Source: Catajapyx aquilonaris
Lineage: Eukaryota
Assembly (NCBI GenBank): GCA_000934665.2
Contig: KZ538217.1
Span: forward strand, 1 to 64,000
Direction of reading: 5' to 3'
Length of the DNA: 64,000 nucleotides
The translations under genes were made by a program, and so were the position numbers. Below, one piece after another: positions 1 to 12,412 of the stretch. How positions within the stretch are numbered: the stretch's first letter is position 1; each line of letters begins with the position of its first letter. The notes under the pieces were generated by a model. It saw nothing but the letters and a program-made list of their open reading frames with translations, did not search any database and was not told the origin of the DNA.

Positions 1-230
1 CAGCGACGGGTCTCTTCTGCCTGCGCACTCACTCACTCGATTTGTAAACAGTGGCAACAATGGAAGCGCTCTCCATGGGCTGATGTTTGAATTGGCCCGC
101 CTGTTTGAATTGCCAGGTAACGCCGCCGCCGCAGCCGACGGAAAAAAACATTCAGCGACGGCTAATATGTCCAGCACTGTACCATGGGGCAATTTTTTCA
201 CTCACCACTGCTCAAACCCAATATACTTAC

Positions 231-801
231 TGCAGGTGCTTTCCCCGTGACATTGTCCTCAGCCTCCGACTTGACACTCTGCAAAGGTGAGTCAACTGTC
301 ATGTCAAGGCCTTTGCTGGCAACTGGTCTATGGTCAGTCGCCCCATCCTGACTTCCTCCTCTTCCTCCCTTGACGTGGTATTGCCACAGAGCTGGTCCTT
401 CCTCCTGAAGAAGACAACAATTCGAATTATCAGAATAAGGGTGTCCATGGCCCCCAATCCCCCTCCCCAAACAACCATGCCAAGTGGGGGCCAACCTCCA
501 CTTTGATGTCCACCTCCAGTCCCTCTCCATCCTCCAGACCTCCTTCCTCCTTCACTTGTACAACTACAGTTCCCCCATCAACCTCTCCTGGTCCATGGTC
601 AGCCTCATCCTCTTTCTCCTTCTCTTCTGCATTTCTCTTGACCTGGTCCCATCTGCTGTGTGTGAAGCTGTGCACCAGGAGCTTCAAGTGCGTGGGGAAT
701 GTCTGGAGGCAGCAGCGACACTCGTGCAGGCTACACGTAGGGTCCATCGCTTGGAAAATGTCAGGAACGTTCTCTTCTCGTCTCTCTTCTAATTCGGCCA
801 T
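231..801 (-). CDS. C2H2 zinc-finger protein, 5' exons only (tandem paralogue of the 1519-5002 gene; continues beyond window start)
   Basis: ATG at 801; exon 1 has HECRCCLQTFPTHLKLLVHSFTH, near-identical to the paralogue. Exon 2 starts EEGPAL after a cag acceptor (~404) and ends at a gtaagt donor (~230), matching the paralogue's exon structure. Confidence 0.75.
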
Positions 802-1518
802 GTTCGATTCGTGACGTCACAGTTTCTATCTGGCCCTGGTGTGGCCTGCCACCTGCCGACAAATATCGAAACTAGTTGGAATATTTTGGCGGCAATATTT
901 TGGACTCGAAATCAATACTGTTTGGTCCATCTGAATCGATCTGAATGAATTGGAGGGGGAAAAATTAACCTTGTGATTGTGGCTGAATCTCACAAGTGAT
1001 GCATGACAATGAACTCCCCTCCGTTTCCCCAAACCTGTGTAAGGAAAGAGTGGTTAAAATGATCACACTAAGTACCATCAGATGTAAGGGTGAAAAAAAA
1101 AATCTTTATTTTGTCCTGGTTACATTTCACCAGGGATTACTTACATACTTAAACCTCTGGTTTCACTAACCTGGTTCAAATTTTTAATTCGAGTTATAAC
1201 AAGAATGACAACAACAACAACCAAAAGTAAGTCTTTTCCAAAAATAAACTAGGATTTATAATAAAACCATTTCAATAAACCTGGTCACTATGCTCCCTTT
1301 GCTAATCACATAATTTTTTTTTGTCATTATCTTCGTAAGAAGGCAGAGAGAGAGACTGCCACATTAGATAGAGTATTTAGAAGTGTGCTACACAGAGGAA
1401 GCGATCAACAACAGGTGATGTTGTAATGTTGTTGGTGTTTTCTGCATGGCTAAAAACATGACCAAAAATATATATATATATAAAGGCACAATCTCAAAGT
1501 GACAACACATCCAACCAT

Positions 1519-4500
1519 TCAAGTAACGATTTTGTCATGATTTTTAACCTGGCATTTGCGCAAATGACCTACAAGACCTTGACGTGTCTTGAGAACCTTA
1601 CCGCACGAATTACATCCAAATTGCTTTGTATCAGAGTGTAATCTTCGTTTACGGTGTTGGAGAAGGGATCTGTCTGCACTTTTATATGAACCATCTGGGG
1701 AACCATGTTGTCTCGAATGCAGACAATACATGTGTTTAGTAAGATGTTGACGGGAAATAAACCCTTCACCACATTCAGTGCATCTGAATGGTCTCTCTCC
1801 TGTGTGGTGTCGCATATGAATTTCCAACTTGCTCTTACACGAGACCACAAGATGGCAAACAGAACATTTGCGTTCCGCATATCCCCTTGTTTTGTACCCA
1901 TGAAACTTTTGTCTGTGAAGATAGAGACCCCGTTTGCTTGGACATTTATATGAGCAATCAGGACAACTGATATGGGACATGTCTGCCCCATGAAAACTTC
2001 TCATGTGATCCTGCAAACTATATTTACTAGCTAAGACTTTAGGGCAGTGTTTGCAAGGATATTGCTCGTTGTCTGTCTGATGCATGCCACTTTCATGTGT
2101 TTTTATATGCTTTTTCAACCATTCCTTCAGTTTGAATCCCTTTCCACATTTATCACAAATGCAAGGAGTCTTATTAGAATGAACCATTAGTTTGTGACGC
2201 TGCAGCGATCTATTGGAACTCAAGCTCTTTGAACACAGGCTACATTTGAATGGCTTCTCACCAGTGTGGGAACGTTCATGTCTAGCAATTGAAAATTTGT
2301 TAAGGCCAATTTTACCACAGTATTTGCACATGTGCACTTCCCCAATGTCATGGGCTTCCTTCTTGTGCACACTCAAACGATATATAGATTGAAATTTCTC
2401 AGAACAGAGTTTACAAGAGTATACCTTGTCATGGATGTGGTATAACCTCACATGATTAATTAAGCCATCCTTGGTTTTCAGAATTCTTTCACAAAATGGA
2501 CAGCAGACAGATGCATCTGTACTGCTGTTAATGTGGAGAGAACTTTCACCTTCACCAACAGTATGACCTATTTCGTCTCCAAGTAACTCACTGAGTACTT
2601 CCTTCAAACCTATATGGTCCTTCTGATGTTTTTTGAAATTGTCATGAGATTTGAAGGACTTATTGCAGTTGTCACAACTGAAGGGCTTGTCATCAGAGTG
2701 AACAGCCATGTGTCTAGACAGGCGCCACTGAACACGAAATGATTTGGTGCACTGATCACAAGTGAATGACTTGTGACATTTCCGAGCTCGAACATTACTA
2801 CTGAAACTGTTAGAAAATACTTTCTCAGACAGTTCCGTATTGAAAGATTCTTCCCTGGTGTGCTCTTCCCTGTGATGCTTTAGATGCTTCAGATTGCTGA
2901 AGGTTTTTCCACAATCAGCACAAGCTATTGACTGTTGCTCTTTCTTGAGCTTGCTAGGTAATACACAATCCTGGAAAAAAAAATTAAAATTACATCAGGA
3001 TACTGTCAGTAGAGTCTACTTTTGCAGCCCAAGGTTTCATGATTGTACCACAGAGAGACAAGAACGTTTTGAAAAAAAATCGACACTCAGTAAAAATAAT
3101 ATTTCCTAACATAATTTTTAGAAAATGGTCCAGAATGTTAAACATCATCAAGGGAGGCGGAGTGGTGCTGCGGTAACGTATGCGCCCATGGATGTTAAGG
3201 TCCCGGGTTCGATCCCAGCCCGGGGACATCCTGTGGGGTTAGCCGAATACCCAATCAATTAAACATCATCAAATGGAGAATCATTAAAATAATAGGACTT
3301 CCCAAGAGTTTTAGCATTTAAAATATGCACCGACGGGGCATAGAACATAATAGATTGTGTCACAAGTCCTTACTAAACAAGGTTGAAAAGTATGCTCTTC
3401 TGCACTGTTAGTGAACCATTTGCAAAAATTTGGCAAAAACTGCCTGGGCCCCCAACTGTCCACATGTTCAGTTCTGGACATTAATTGAGTTGCACTTGTG
3501 GCGCCATGAGCTGTGCAGAAAAAGTGCAATTATTCAATGTAATGAATCAGCAAACAATACATCATTTTGATTCACTAATTTGCTGCCAGCGGCTAGTGGC
3601 CCCATCAGTGTGACACTCTTAATGACCAGAACTGTGTGATATTATAGTGGCTCATCCTCCCTCTCGGAACACTCCTGCCACTCTCAGGGTCATGCAAGTG
3701 ATAGTAGCACTATTTGGACCTGGATGAGCAGGTAATTACTCACCCTATATACAAACAATTATTGGAAAGACATGGTTAACTAGTGTACTGAGTTCGGTAA
3801 AATTGTTCTCACCTTTTCTAGTTCATTGCTTCCCGAATGCTCGTCTCTCTCATGCTCCTTCAATTCCCGCTTTGTCACAAATGTCTTGAAGCATTTTGGG
3901 CAGAATATAATTCGATCGACGACAACAGAAAAGCGCCTAAGTTCTATCTGTAATTTAAATTACATTGTTAATTACTACATATCATATCACACTGCAACCA
4001 AAAGTGCAACTCACCCCCTGCACAAAGTAGTACGATGACGCATATTCCTTTTTGATGGCAGGATAAGGGAGATTTTTCTCCTTAAAAAAAAACAGGTCAT
4101 TAGTCCTACTTTAAGGTTACAACCTTTTTTACTTATCAATGATTTTTCAAATCCTTCAGCACCCTGTCAGGTAAAGTGCGCTCATTCTTGCCACATGCAA
4201 AGTGCTCACACATAATGTACGGGAAACGAGAGAACGATCTGACGTCCTTCCGCATTGTTGCCTTTTGTTTACTTATATTGTTCTGTCAGGGTATTTCCAT
4301 GAAAACCTCGATGACGTCAGACCGTTCTCTCATTTTCCGTACATTACATAACTAAATATTGGAACTATAATTCGGCGCAATTTTCATTTCCAGCTAACTG
4401 TAGCTCAAACCCAAATTTACTTACTCCAAGTGCTTCGACTTTATACTCGGCCTCCAGGTTGCCACTCCGCAGTGATGAATCCACATGCATTTCCCTGTCC

Positions 4501-5002
4501 AGTGGTCCATCACCAGGTTCCACATCATCTTCTTTCAAGTGTAACCTCCCCAGAGCTGGGCCTTCCTCCTGAGACAATTCGAATAATTTAAATAAATAAA
4601 AAGTCCATTACCATGTCTCTAAATGAAAGAACCATCCAGGTGTGGCCAAACCTCAACTTTAATTTCCATCTTCAGTCCCCCATCCTCCAGACCTTCCTCC
4701 TTCACTTGGCCATCTCCTGGTCCATCCTTCTCTTCTGCATTCCTCCTGACCAGGTCCCACCTGCTGTGTGTGAAGCTGTGCACCAGGAGCTCCAGGTGCG
4801 TGGGGAAGGTCTGGAGGCAGCAGCGACACTCGTGCAGGGCGCTGGAGGTCGGATCCTCCTCCTCCTCCTCCCGAGTGGACATGGCCTGCTGTTCCTGCAG
4901 CCCTTTTGGTCTCCCCACCAGATCCCAAAAGGGAATAGGATAGGATCCGAGGCCCCCTTCTTCTTCTTCTTCTTCTTTCCCAACCAGAGGAGAAGAGGAC
5001 AT
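1519..5002 (-). CDS. Multi-exon C2H2 zinc-finger transcription factor (more than a dozen fingers); exons ~5002-4652, 4568-4425, 3947-3813, 2970-1519
   Basis: Repeated CxxC...HxxxH motifs with HTGEKPF/HTGERPF linkers. Phase-0 GT-AG junctions join consistently. A small exon 3947-3813 encodes CPKCFKTFVTKRELKEHERDEH. Confidence 0.85.
3152..3258 (+). mobile_element. Short tRNA-derived SINE copy (107 bp) with 14-bp target-site duplication
   Basis: A box (TGGTGCTGCGG) and B box (GGTTCGATCCC); flanked by TTAAACATCATCAA at 3138-3151 and 3259-3272; head nearly identical to the copy at 8501-8829. Confidence 0.85.
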
Positions 5003-5561
5003 GTTGGTCCACAAACGATGAAGCTGCTATATAGCTTTTAAACGAGAACAGTTACCTACAAAGCTATTCGAATTTCGGCCAGGCCAAGTTTACAGTGTTG
5101 AATTCAATAGGTTTAGTGATACCAAGGTGATACTTACTCAGATTTTTACTCTCGACATTTTTATGCGGTCACATCCACTGCATGTGACACCCACAATTGA
5201 ATGTAAAGGACCCCCATCACCATTTCCCCCATAGCAGCTATGTTTCGCAACACCAGTTATTTTTTCACAACATGGCGACATTCCTCTGAGAGAGTTTCTC
5301 TCCTGTCTTTTGCTGTGTTTTTAAAGAAAAATTAATACGTCTGCCCGGCGTTTATTTTCTGACAATTTTGATCCACATTCTTCGCAAATCCCTGCCCGCT
5401 CCCTCTGGGCATCCGACTTCATGGCATAATCCTCACGGTAGGCCAACAATTAATTAAATATAATAAATATATTAAAAGTATAACAAGACGTCGCACTTTT
5501 CATTCCCATATTTTCCACACTCTATATTTTCCATTTATTCTGTCATCAGAGGCACGACAAG

Positions 5562-5750
5562 ATGAAGCTGGGCTGCGTAGTGTGCTACGAGCTGTTCACA
5601 AATGCAACGGAAGACATTTACACCTTGCCGTGCGGACATCTCTTCCACAACCCGTGTGTGCTGCAATGGTTCCAGCAGTATGATACATTATTTTACATTA
5701 TTATTTTTATTATTTTATCGTCATCATCGTCGTCGTCATCATCGTCATCG

Positions 5751-5805
<55 letters not shown>

Positions 5806-6965
5806 TTTACTATTAGTTCTTTTATTATGTATTGCTAATTATTTGTCATTATTTTACTAAATTTTTGTTATTAGTTATTTTACTTAATTTTTGTTATTAT
5901 TTTACTTAATTTTTGTTATTATTTTACTTAATTTTTGTTATTATTTTACTTAATTTTTGTTATTAGTTACTTTACTTAATTTTTGTTATTAGTTATTTTA
6001 CTTAATTTTTGTTATTAGTTGTTTTACTTAATTTTTGTTATTAGTTATTTTACAAAATTTTTGTTATTAGTTATTTTACTTAATTTTTGTTATTTTACTA
6101 ATTTTTTGTTATTTTACTAATTTTTTGTTATTGTACTAATTTTTTGTTATTAGTTATTTTATTACTAATTTTTGTTATGTTACTAATTTTTTGTTATTAG
6201 TTATTTTAATACTAATTTTTGTTATTTTACTAATTTTTTGTTATTAGTTATTTTATTACTCATTTTTGTTATTTTACTCATTTTTTGTTATTAGTTATTG
6301 TTTTATTATTTTGGATTATATTTTATTTGATATTAAAGAACGACACCTTAAATCGCAGGTCCAAGACATGTCCACACTGCCGCAGAGCGACCTTGGAGAG
6401 TCAGATGATCCGGGTGCACCGCAATGACTTGGGAGTGGAAGATGACGGGATGGATGCGATGGAGAAGGAGATGGAGGCTCAGAGCCAGCAGATTTCCACG
6501 TTGCTGGAGGAAGCTGGGAAGATTAAGCGGGAGAAGGCGAGCGTCGAGGCGAAGATGGCAGGAGTGGTCATGGCCAGCCGAATGATGGAGGCGGAGATTA
6601 AGGCGAAGGCGAACATCATCCGGCTGCTTAAGGAGCAAGTCGGTGCCCTGCAGTGCGAGGTGGCCAGGATTAGAAGCGAGGCCGAGTTGAAGATGCAGAG
6701 GTATGAGTTCATCAGGACGGCCAACCTTCTTAAACAGCATAGTTTTACTATAGTGTATTTGCGTAAAAATTGCAGGTTGAACCAACAGCATCAGGATAAG
6801 CAGAAGGAGGAATTAGCACCAATCAAGCAGACGCTAGACAAACTAGTCCTGGAATTTGCCTGCTTGGAGATAGGCAGGCAACAACAAACCGTTTCCAGCA
6901 GCGAAGACGATAGCGCAATGGAAGACCTCGACAATGCCTTTATTGCCCCTGATTCCTACCTCTGA
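5562..6965 (+). CDS. RING-H2 plus coiled-coil E3 ligase, TRAIP/NOPO-like; exons ~5562-5677, 6359-6700, 6776-6965
   Basis: Spliced N-terminus CVVC...[25 protein letters not shown] is a TRAIP-type RING, followed by a heptad-like coiled coil. Confidence 0.75.
5718..5803. repeat. (TCG/TCA)n microsatellite in RING gene intron 1
   Basis: Direct trinucleotide run. Confidence 0.95.
5845..6300. repeat. AT-rich minisatellite (ttattttacttaatttttgttattag variants)
   Basis: Degenerate ~19-28 bp tandem units. Confidence 0.9.
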
Positions 6966-7479
6966 AGGGGAAACATTGCCAAGGTAAGATATGACCCTGT
7001 TAGTTCAAGCATTTCAGATATTAGTTCCTATATCTTCCTAACCCTTTTTTCATGTCTTTTCACAGAAAACTACCAAATAATATGTGTTTTGAAGTGCATA
7101 GGTGATGGGTGCTGGTGATATATTTTGGCACAGAACCATGTGAAAAATTAGTTTCAATGAACTTACAGTGAGCAGCAATAGCCTTTTCATATTTGTTGCA
7201 AACCACAGATGGATTCTAATTTGTCGATGGACTACGCCATGAGTCTGTGAAACTGTTTTGTTTATATAATCTGTGATAATTATTGTATATTCCGCACCAC
7301 AAATTACTGAAATGCTCTTATGAAAATATGGTGTTTTAATGATTATTATTCACCCACGTCTACCTCTGAAGTGAGCTTATGAATGTTTGCTTGATTCAAT
7401 CTGAACTTGAAAAATATTACTGACTTTCTCTGCAGCTATTGCTTTTCCTAATATTGACATGAAAGCATCCCAGGATCAT

Positions 7480-7520
7480 CCAAGGTCAGATAAGTTACAA
7501 AGGTCAGAATAGTTATCAGG
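7480..7520 (+). promoter_or_regulatory. AGGTCA-n12-AGGTCA nuclear-receptor half-site pair with GATA sites upstream of PhzF gene 1
   Basis: AGGTCA at 7483-7488 and 7501-7506; same spacing upstream of paralogues 2 and 4. Confidence 0.55.
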
Positions 7521-7600
7521 ATTATTATTGCATAGGTGACAGCTATTCCGAGGCATATGAGTGTAGCCTTTCAGTTAGAGCAGCTGACATTCTTCCAACC

Positions 7601-9672
7601 ATGTCTCTACCTATTTTCACCATCGATGCTTTCACTTCAGAGCAGTTCAGGGGAAATCCGGCAGCGGTATGCCCTCTTGAACAGGTACATTTTATTTCGC
7701 AATTCAATTATATCAATAATAGTGAATGTGATCATTGTCATTTAAAAGCTGTGTTCAAAGGATAACTAGTTTTTAATGATGTTACAGGGCATCCCAGACG
7801 ATCTGAAGCAGAAGATCGCAGCAGAGATGAACATCTCGGAAACTGCGTTCATCACCAAGAAATCCCCAGGAGATTCCTTTCTGAAGGACAACACCTTCGG
7901 ATTGAGATGGTTCACCCCTACCACTGAAGTCGCCCTGTGCGGACATGCAACACTGTCAGCTGCTGCCGTCCTGTTCCACTGCTATGGCAAGTAAATTTTT
8001 GCCATCCACCAGCAGGTGGACAAGGAAGGGAAGCTGCCGGTTGAAATTGCGGATGACAACTCGGTCAGTCTCATGACAGGTGTAGGGTTTCCCAAGTATG
8101 CTGTTATTGGTCCGGTGATTGGAAGGATACAGATGTATCTCATGGAATCTGGGATTTATGGCCATTACATGGACCAGTTCTTGTATTATTCATGGTGGGT
8201 CTGAAGGATGCTCGGAAGGAGAACCGTCTCCATGGCATTGAATGTCCAGCAGATGAAAGGTGCTTTTGCGCTTCTGGCGCTCCTCTTGGGGTCCAGAATC
8301 ATCAGTTTCGTGTGTGAAATTGTACAGTTTTGCGCAAAACTTGGGTTTAAAATGTATTTAAATTGCATTCACAAGTGTACAGTACAAGCATTGGATGCCA
8401 AGTGATAGTGTAACAACTCACAAATGGCATAAAGTAATCACCAATTTAATTTAATTGTAAGTGGAGATAATAGCTTACAACATCAGAAGGCATAGATTAA
8501 TAATAATAATTGTGGGGGTAGTGCTCACCCAGAAGGTGTTTTGCACGGACCTTTATTTTCAATTCGTACATTTGGAGCCTTGAACGAAGCGCCCGGGCCC
8601 ATGGGCAGGATGACAGGAGGGGATGTGCAAGGTGCAGTGCATCTGACGCTGTGGCCATTTTTAGTGAACTCCCCCGGGTGGTTTAGTCTGTGGAAATACC
8701 ACCCGAGACGAAGCCAGAGGTGACCCTGAACTCTGCATGAGATGAAGGGGGTGTACCCGGGCTGGGATCGAACCCGGGACCTTAACATCCGTGGGCGCGT
8801 ACGTTACCGCAGCACCACTCCGCCTCCCCGCATAGATTAAAATGAATAGTATTTCCTTCGGATCCTGAGTTGTGAAATATGCGAGTATATTTAAAGTTTA
8901 CTTTCACACTTGTTGCTTTCAGGAAACCGGGAGGAAGAACTACATTTTGAAACCCTGAGTGGCACACTAGTAGCACGCAAAGATGGAAGACGGATTGTAC
9001 TAAACTTACCGCAAAACCCACCTGAAGCTGTGCAGCCTCAAAGATTGGACCCCATAATCCGGGCCGCAATAGGCAACCTTTCAGTACAAGAAGTGTGCTT
9101 CTCAGGCGGAGTTCCCGATCTCTTGATCAGACTTCACGATTCCTGCTCACAGTTGGTCCTATTTAAAGCTGGCATTATGAACATGGAGTTCAATAACTTT
9201 GTTCTGCCTGTAGGTCAGACCTGGAGAATATAAAGCCAAACTTTAGCAACATGTTGGAGGTTGGAAAATGCGGCTTAGATGCAATGATGGGAGTTATAGT
9301 CACTGTCAAGGGCGACGAGAAGTATGATTTTGTATCGCGAAACTTTGCACCGTGGGTCGGAATTAACGAAGATCCTGTTACAGGTACGCTGTGAACTAAC
9401 AAGTCAGTTGGAGTTCTAATGCTATTAAAAATTTTAGGATCAACTCACACTGTGCTCGGACCTTACTGGGCCAACGTTCTAGGCAAAACTGAAATGCTTG
9501 GTAAGAAACATATATTTGTTCATGTATGAAATGCTGAATTTGTTGCCTTACAGCAATGCAATGTTCACCTCGAGGTGGTGAGTTGTACTTGAAGCTGCAG
9601 GAAAATGGGAGAATAGACGTGGCAGGTGAGATAGTCGTCGTGCTGCAAGGACACCTGCACATTAACACGTGA
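7601..9672 (+). CDS. PBLD: PhzF/PBLD-family epimerase-isomerase, copy 1 (6 exons; LCGHAT / EDPVTG)
   Basis: [69 protein letters not shown] and QCSPRGGEL motifs; stop at 9670-9672. Confidence 0.92.
8001..8405 (+). pseudogene. 5'-truncated ionotropic receptor (IR/iGluR-family chemoreceptor) fragment, S2-M4 region, inside intron 2 of PhzF copy 1
   Basis: One frame reads ...[30 protein letters not shown]...*...[29 protein letters not shown], the typical IR L-x-E-S-G / G-A-F...F-x-x-E end. In-frame TGA at 8202-8204; no 5' part. Confidence 0.7.
8501..8829 (-). mobile_element. Full-length tRNA-derived SINE (329 bp) with (ATT)n tail and 11-bp TSD
   Basis: A/B boxes on the minus strand; GCATAGATTAA duplicated at 8490-8500 and 8830-8840; (taa)n tail at 8501-8510. 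Confidence 0.88.
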
Positions 9673-10561
9673 TGTTAAATGACACTCAAAGGTTAGACTA
9701 GTTAATTTTTCAATTGGCATCTTACCTAAGCCACTCACGACTTATAACTTCTGTTGCATGATTTTTCAGGAAAGTAATTGAATTATTAGGCTACTGTTGT
9801 TTTCAACTGAAAGTAGGCTCGCAAGAAATGAGCAAATAATATTTAAATGTTGAATAAAATCCTGACTGTACCGCCTGAGATAAGTCTATTTATTTGGTTT
9901 GGTTGTTGACTCTTTTTACTACCTTAGCTCTACAGGACTGGCAAGTATCCAAGCATTCAGAAAGTTCGCCATTCAAATGTCGAATGTGGTGCCAACACAT
10001 TTTTTTAGTTGCGGAAGAGGGTTTGAGCATTTGGAGAATTTGTGAGGAAGGGATAAGTAGTAAAGGGAGGAAACATGAGTAGAACAATGATTATGAAGAG
10101 AACTTATTATTAAAATGGTGCCAATGAAGAAATTAGGCCTGGTGGCACAAGTTGTAACGCGATAACGAACGGGTCTATACAATATGGTAGTAATAATAAT
10201 TGGGTTATTCTTTGACCTTTTAAGTACAGTACAACTAGGTGTCAAAAATTGCTAAATATTTATGGACATTATTATCTTCAAGGTAGTATGCAACTAATTT
10301 TGTCATTGTATTAAGAGATAACTATTGTATTAATATTTGTGAGGTCATCCGAGTGGAGCAGAATTAAGGGTGATTCATTGGTCATTAAAGTTCACGCGGC
10401 AGATTAATACCAGGAGATGCACACTCAAGGTCAGACATGTCTCAAAGGCCAGCCCAGATATCAGCTTCAACTGTGAGAGTCGAGAAGTAGCTGAAGTACA
10501 CTCCATGCGGTAGTGTGAATCAAGGTTTTCAAGAGAGAACGTCCCAAACGATTCAGCAAAT

Positions 10562-12061
10562 ATGTCTCTGCCCATTTTCACTGTTGACGCTTTCACTTCT
10601 GAGCAGTTCAAGGGAAATCCAGCTGCAGTTTGCCCTCTTGAACAGGCAAGTTGGACGATTTAATTTTTTTTTGCATTGAACTTGTTCCTTTGTAGATTAG
10701 TCTTTTTGTGCCGATAACTGGCTCTTTGGTATTCCTGAAATTGGATTAAGTAAGGTTTATCAATGGTCATTTTGACTGAAATTATCACAGGCGAAGTCAA
10801 GCTTCAATGAAGGATGGGTAATAAATATCATACTCCACTTCATAGAGGATACATGCCACTAACCTTGCCATACGAATAGATTATATGAGGTCACTATACT
10901 GTACAGTATGGATTCAATACACCCGTAAGAGTATAATCCAAAAAAAAGGGCAGATTAAAAAATTTAGCATCTTATCTCTCGTACTTTTGCTGTGATTATG
11001 TCACTTGATTTCACAGGACGTATCAGATGAAGTGAAGCAAAAGATAGCGGCGGAGATGAACATCTCGGAAACTGTGTACATCACCAAGAAATCGGCCAGC
11101 GGATCTTTCCAAAAGGACTCAACGTTTGGATTGAGATGGTTCACACCTACGACAGAAGTACCTCTCTGTGGACACGGAACTTTGTCGGCAGCGGCCACAC
11201 TTTTCCACTTCTATGGCAAGTTTCTGCCGTTACACTTGCGAAATGCAGCCATTAATTGACCTTTCCATGCTTTCAGGAAACGAGCAGGAGGAACTTCACT
11301 TCGAGACTTTGAGTGGTACATTGGTGGCCCGCAAGAAAGGAAAAATGGTGGTTCTCGACATGCCTCAAAACCCTCCAGATTTCATAAGCCATCCGCAGAA
11401 GGTGGATGATATAATACTGGCTATAGTTGGCAACCTTTCAGTGCAAGAAATCTGCTACTCGTCAAGGGATAGGAAGCTTATGATCAGGCTGCATGATTCA
11501 CATACACAGTTGGGTGCATCTCGCATAATCAATGTTGCAGCGTAATTTTAAAATGACTTTTGCTTGAACTAGGTCAGACCTGGAGAAGATCAGACCCAAC
11601 TTTGCCGACCTCATGGATATAGAACATGGTGGTCTGGAAGGAATGATTGGTGTCATAATTACACTCAAAGGAAACAATAATGGATGCGATTTTTATTCAC
11701 GTTTCTTTGCACCTTGGGCTGGCGTCAATGAAGATCCTGTCTGCGGTACGGTTTACCTCTTGGATCCATTGCTTATCAGACTAATTTTGCAGCATAATAA
11801 TGTCGTCCTACATTTTCAGGTTCTGCACATACTGTACTTGGCCCATACTGGGGCCAGGAATTAGGCAAGGTTGAAATGACTGGTAAGTTTACATATCCTT
11901 GTTCATGAGTGATGCAATTAAAGTGCACATTTTGCATTGCAGCAAAGCAGTGTTCACCAAGAACTGGTCACCTTTATTTAACTCTGAAGGATAATGGTCG
12001 GATGGACTTGGCAGGAGAGGCTGTCATAGTATTGCAAGGGGAACTGCATCTCAAGTCGTAG
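10562..12061 (+). CDS. PBLD: PhzF/PBLD-family protein, copy 2 (6 exons; LCGHGT / EDPVCG)
   Basis: Same exon structure and motifs as copy 1; GC donors at 10646 and 11216; stop TAG 12059-12061. Confidence 0.92.
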
Positions 12062-12326
12062 AAGTGCAAATATGAAAGGTCGTGTTCATGACCATTACTT
12101 GGAAGTCTATGTGAAGCAATAAATAATGACAGCAACTTATCTGGTGCAAATCTTTATTCTAGGAATTAATGTTTATCCACATCCGTAATTTCAGACAATG
12201 CTTATTCCTCATCCGTTGTTATCAATATTAATTACAAGCTATTACCTCAACTCATATTAGTAATCAACAACAATCAGTCATGAACATCATCCATAATAAG
12301 CAGCCAAGCATAATAATATCTCTTCT

Positions 12327-12412
12327 TATTAAAAGGCAAACTTTGTCCCGATTTGGTTACCATGGCAACCAAACCCTGACAAACAAACAAACAGACTTTG
12401 CCTTTTATAATA
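12327..12412. mobile_element. Mini fold-back (MITE-like) element centred on an RFX X-box; same family as 29464-29973
   Basis: TATTAAAAGGCAAACTTTGT ... ACAGACTTTGCCTTTTATAATA inverted termini; GTTACCATGGCAAC at 12356-12369. Confidence 0.7.

Noticed and set aside
3152..3258. Functional tRNA gene
   Set aside because: No acceptor stem or proper cloverleaf; it has TSDs and a second copy with a SINE body and tail.
5602..5838. Poly-His and poly-Ser ORFs
   Set aside because: Read-through into the (TCA)n microsatellite of intron 1.
8202..8204. In-frame TGA as selenocysteine or programmed readthrough
   Set aside because: It lies in a 5'-truncated intronic IR fragment with no start codon and no evident SECIS; a nonsense mutation is simpler.
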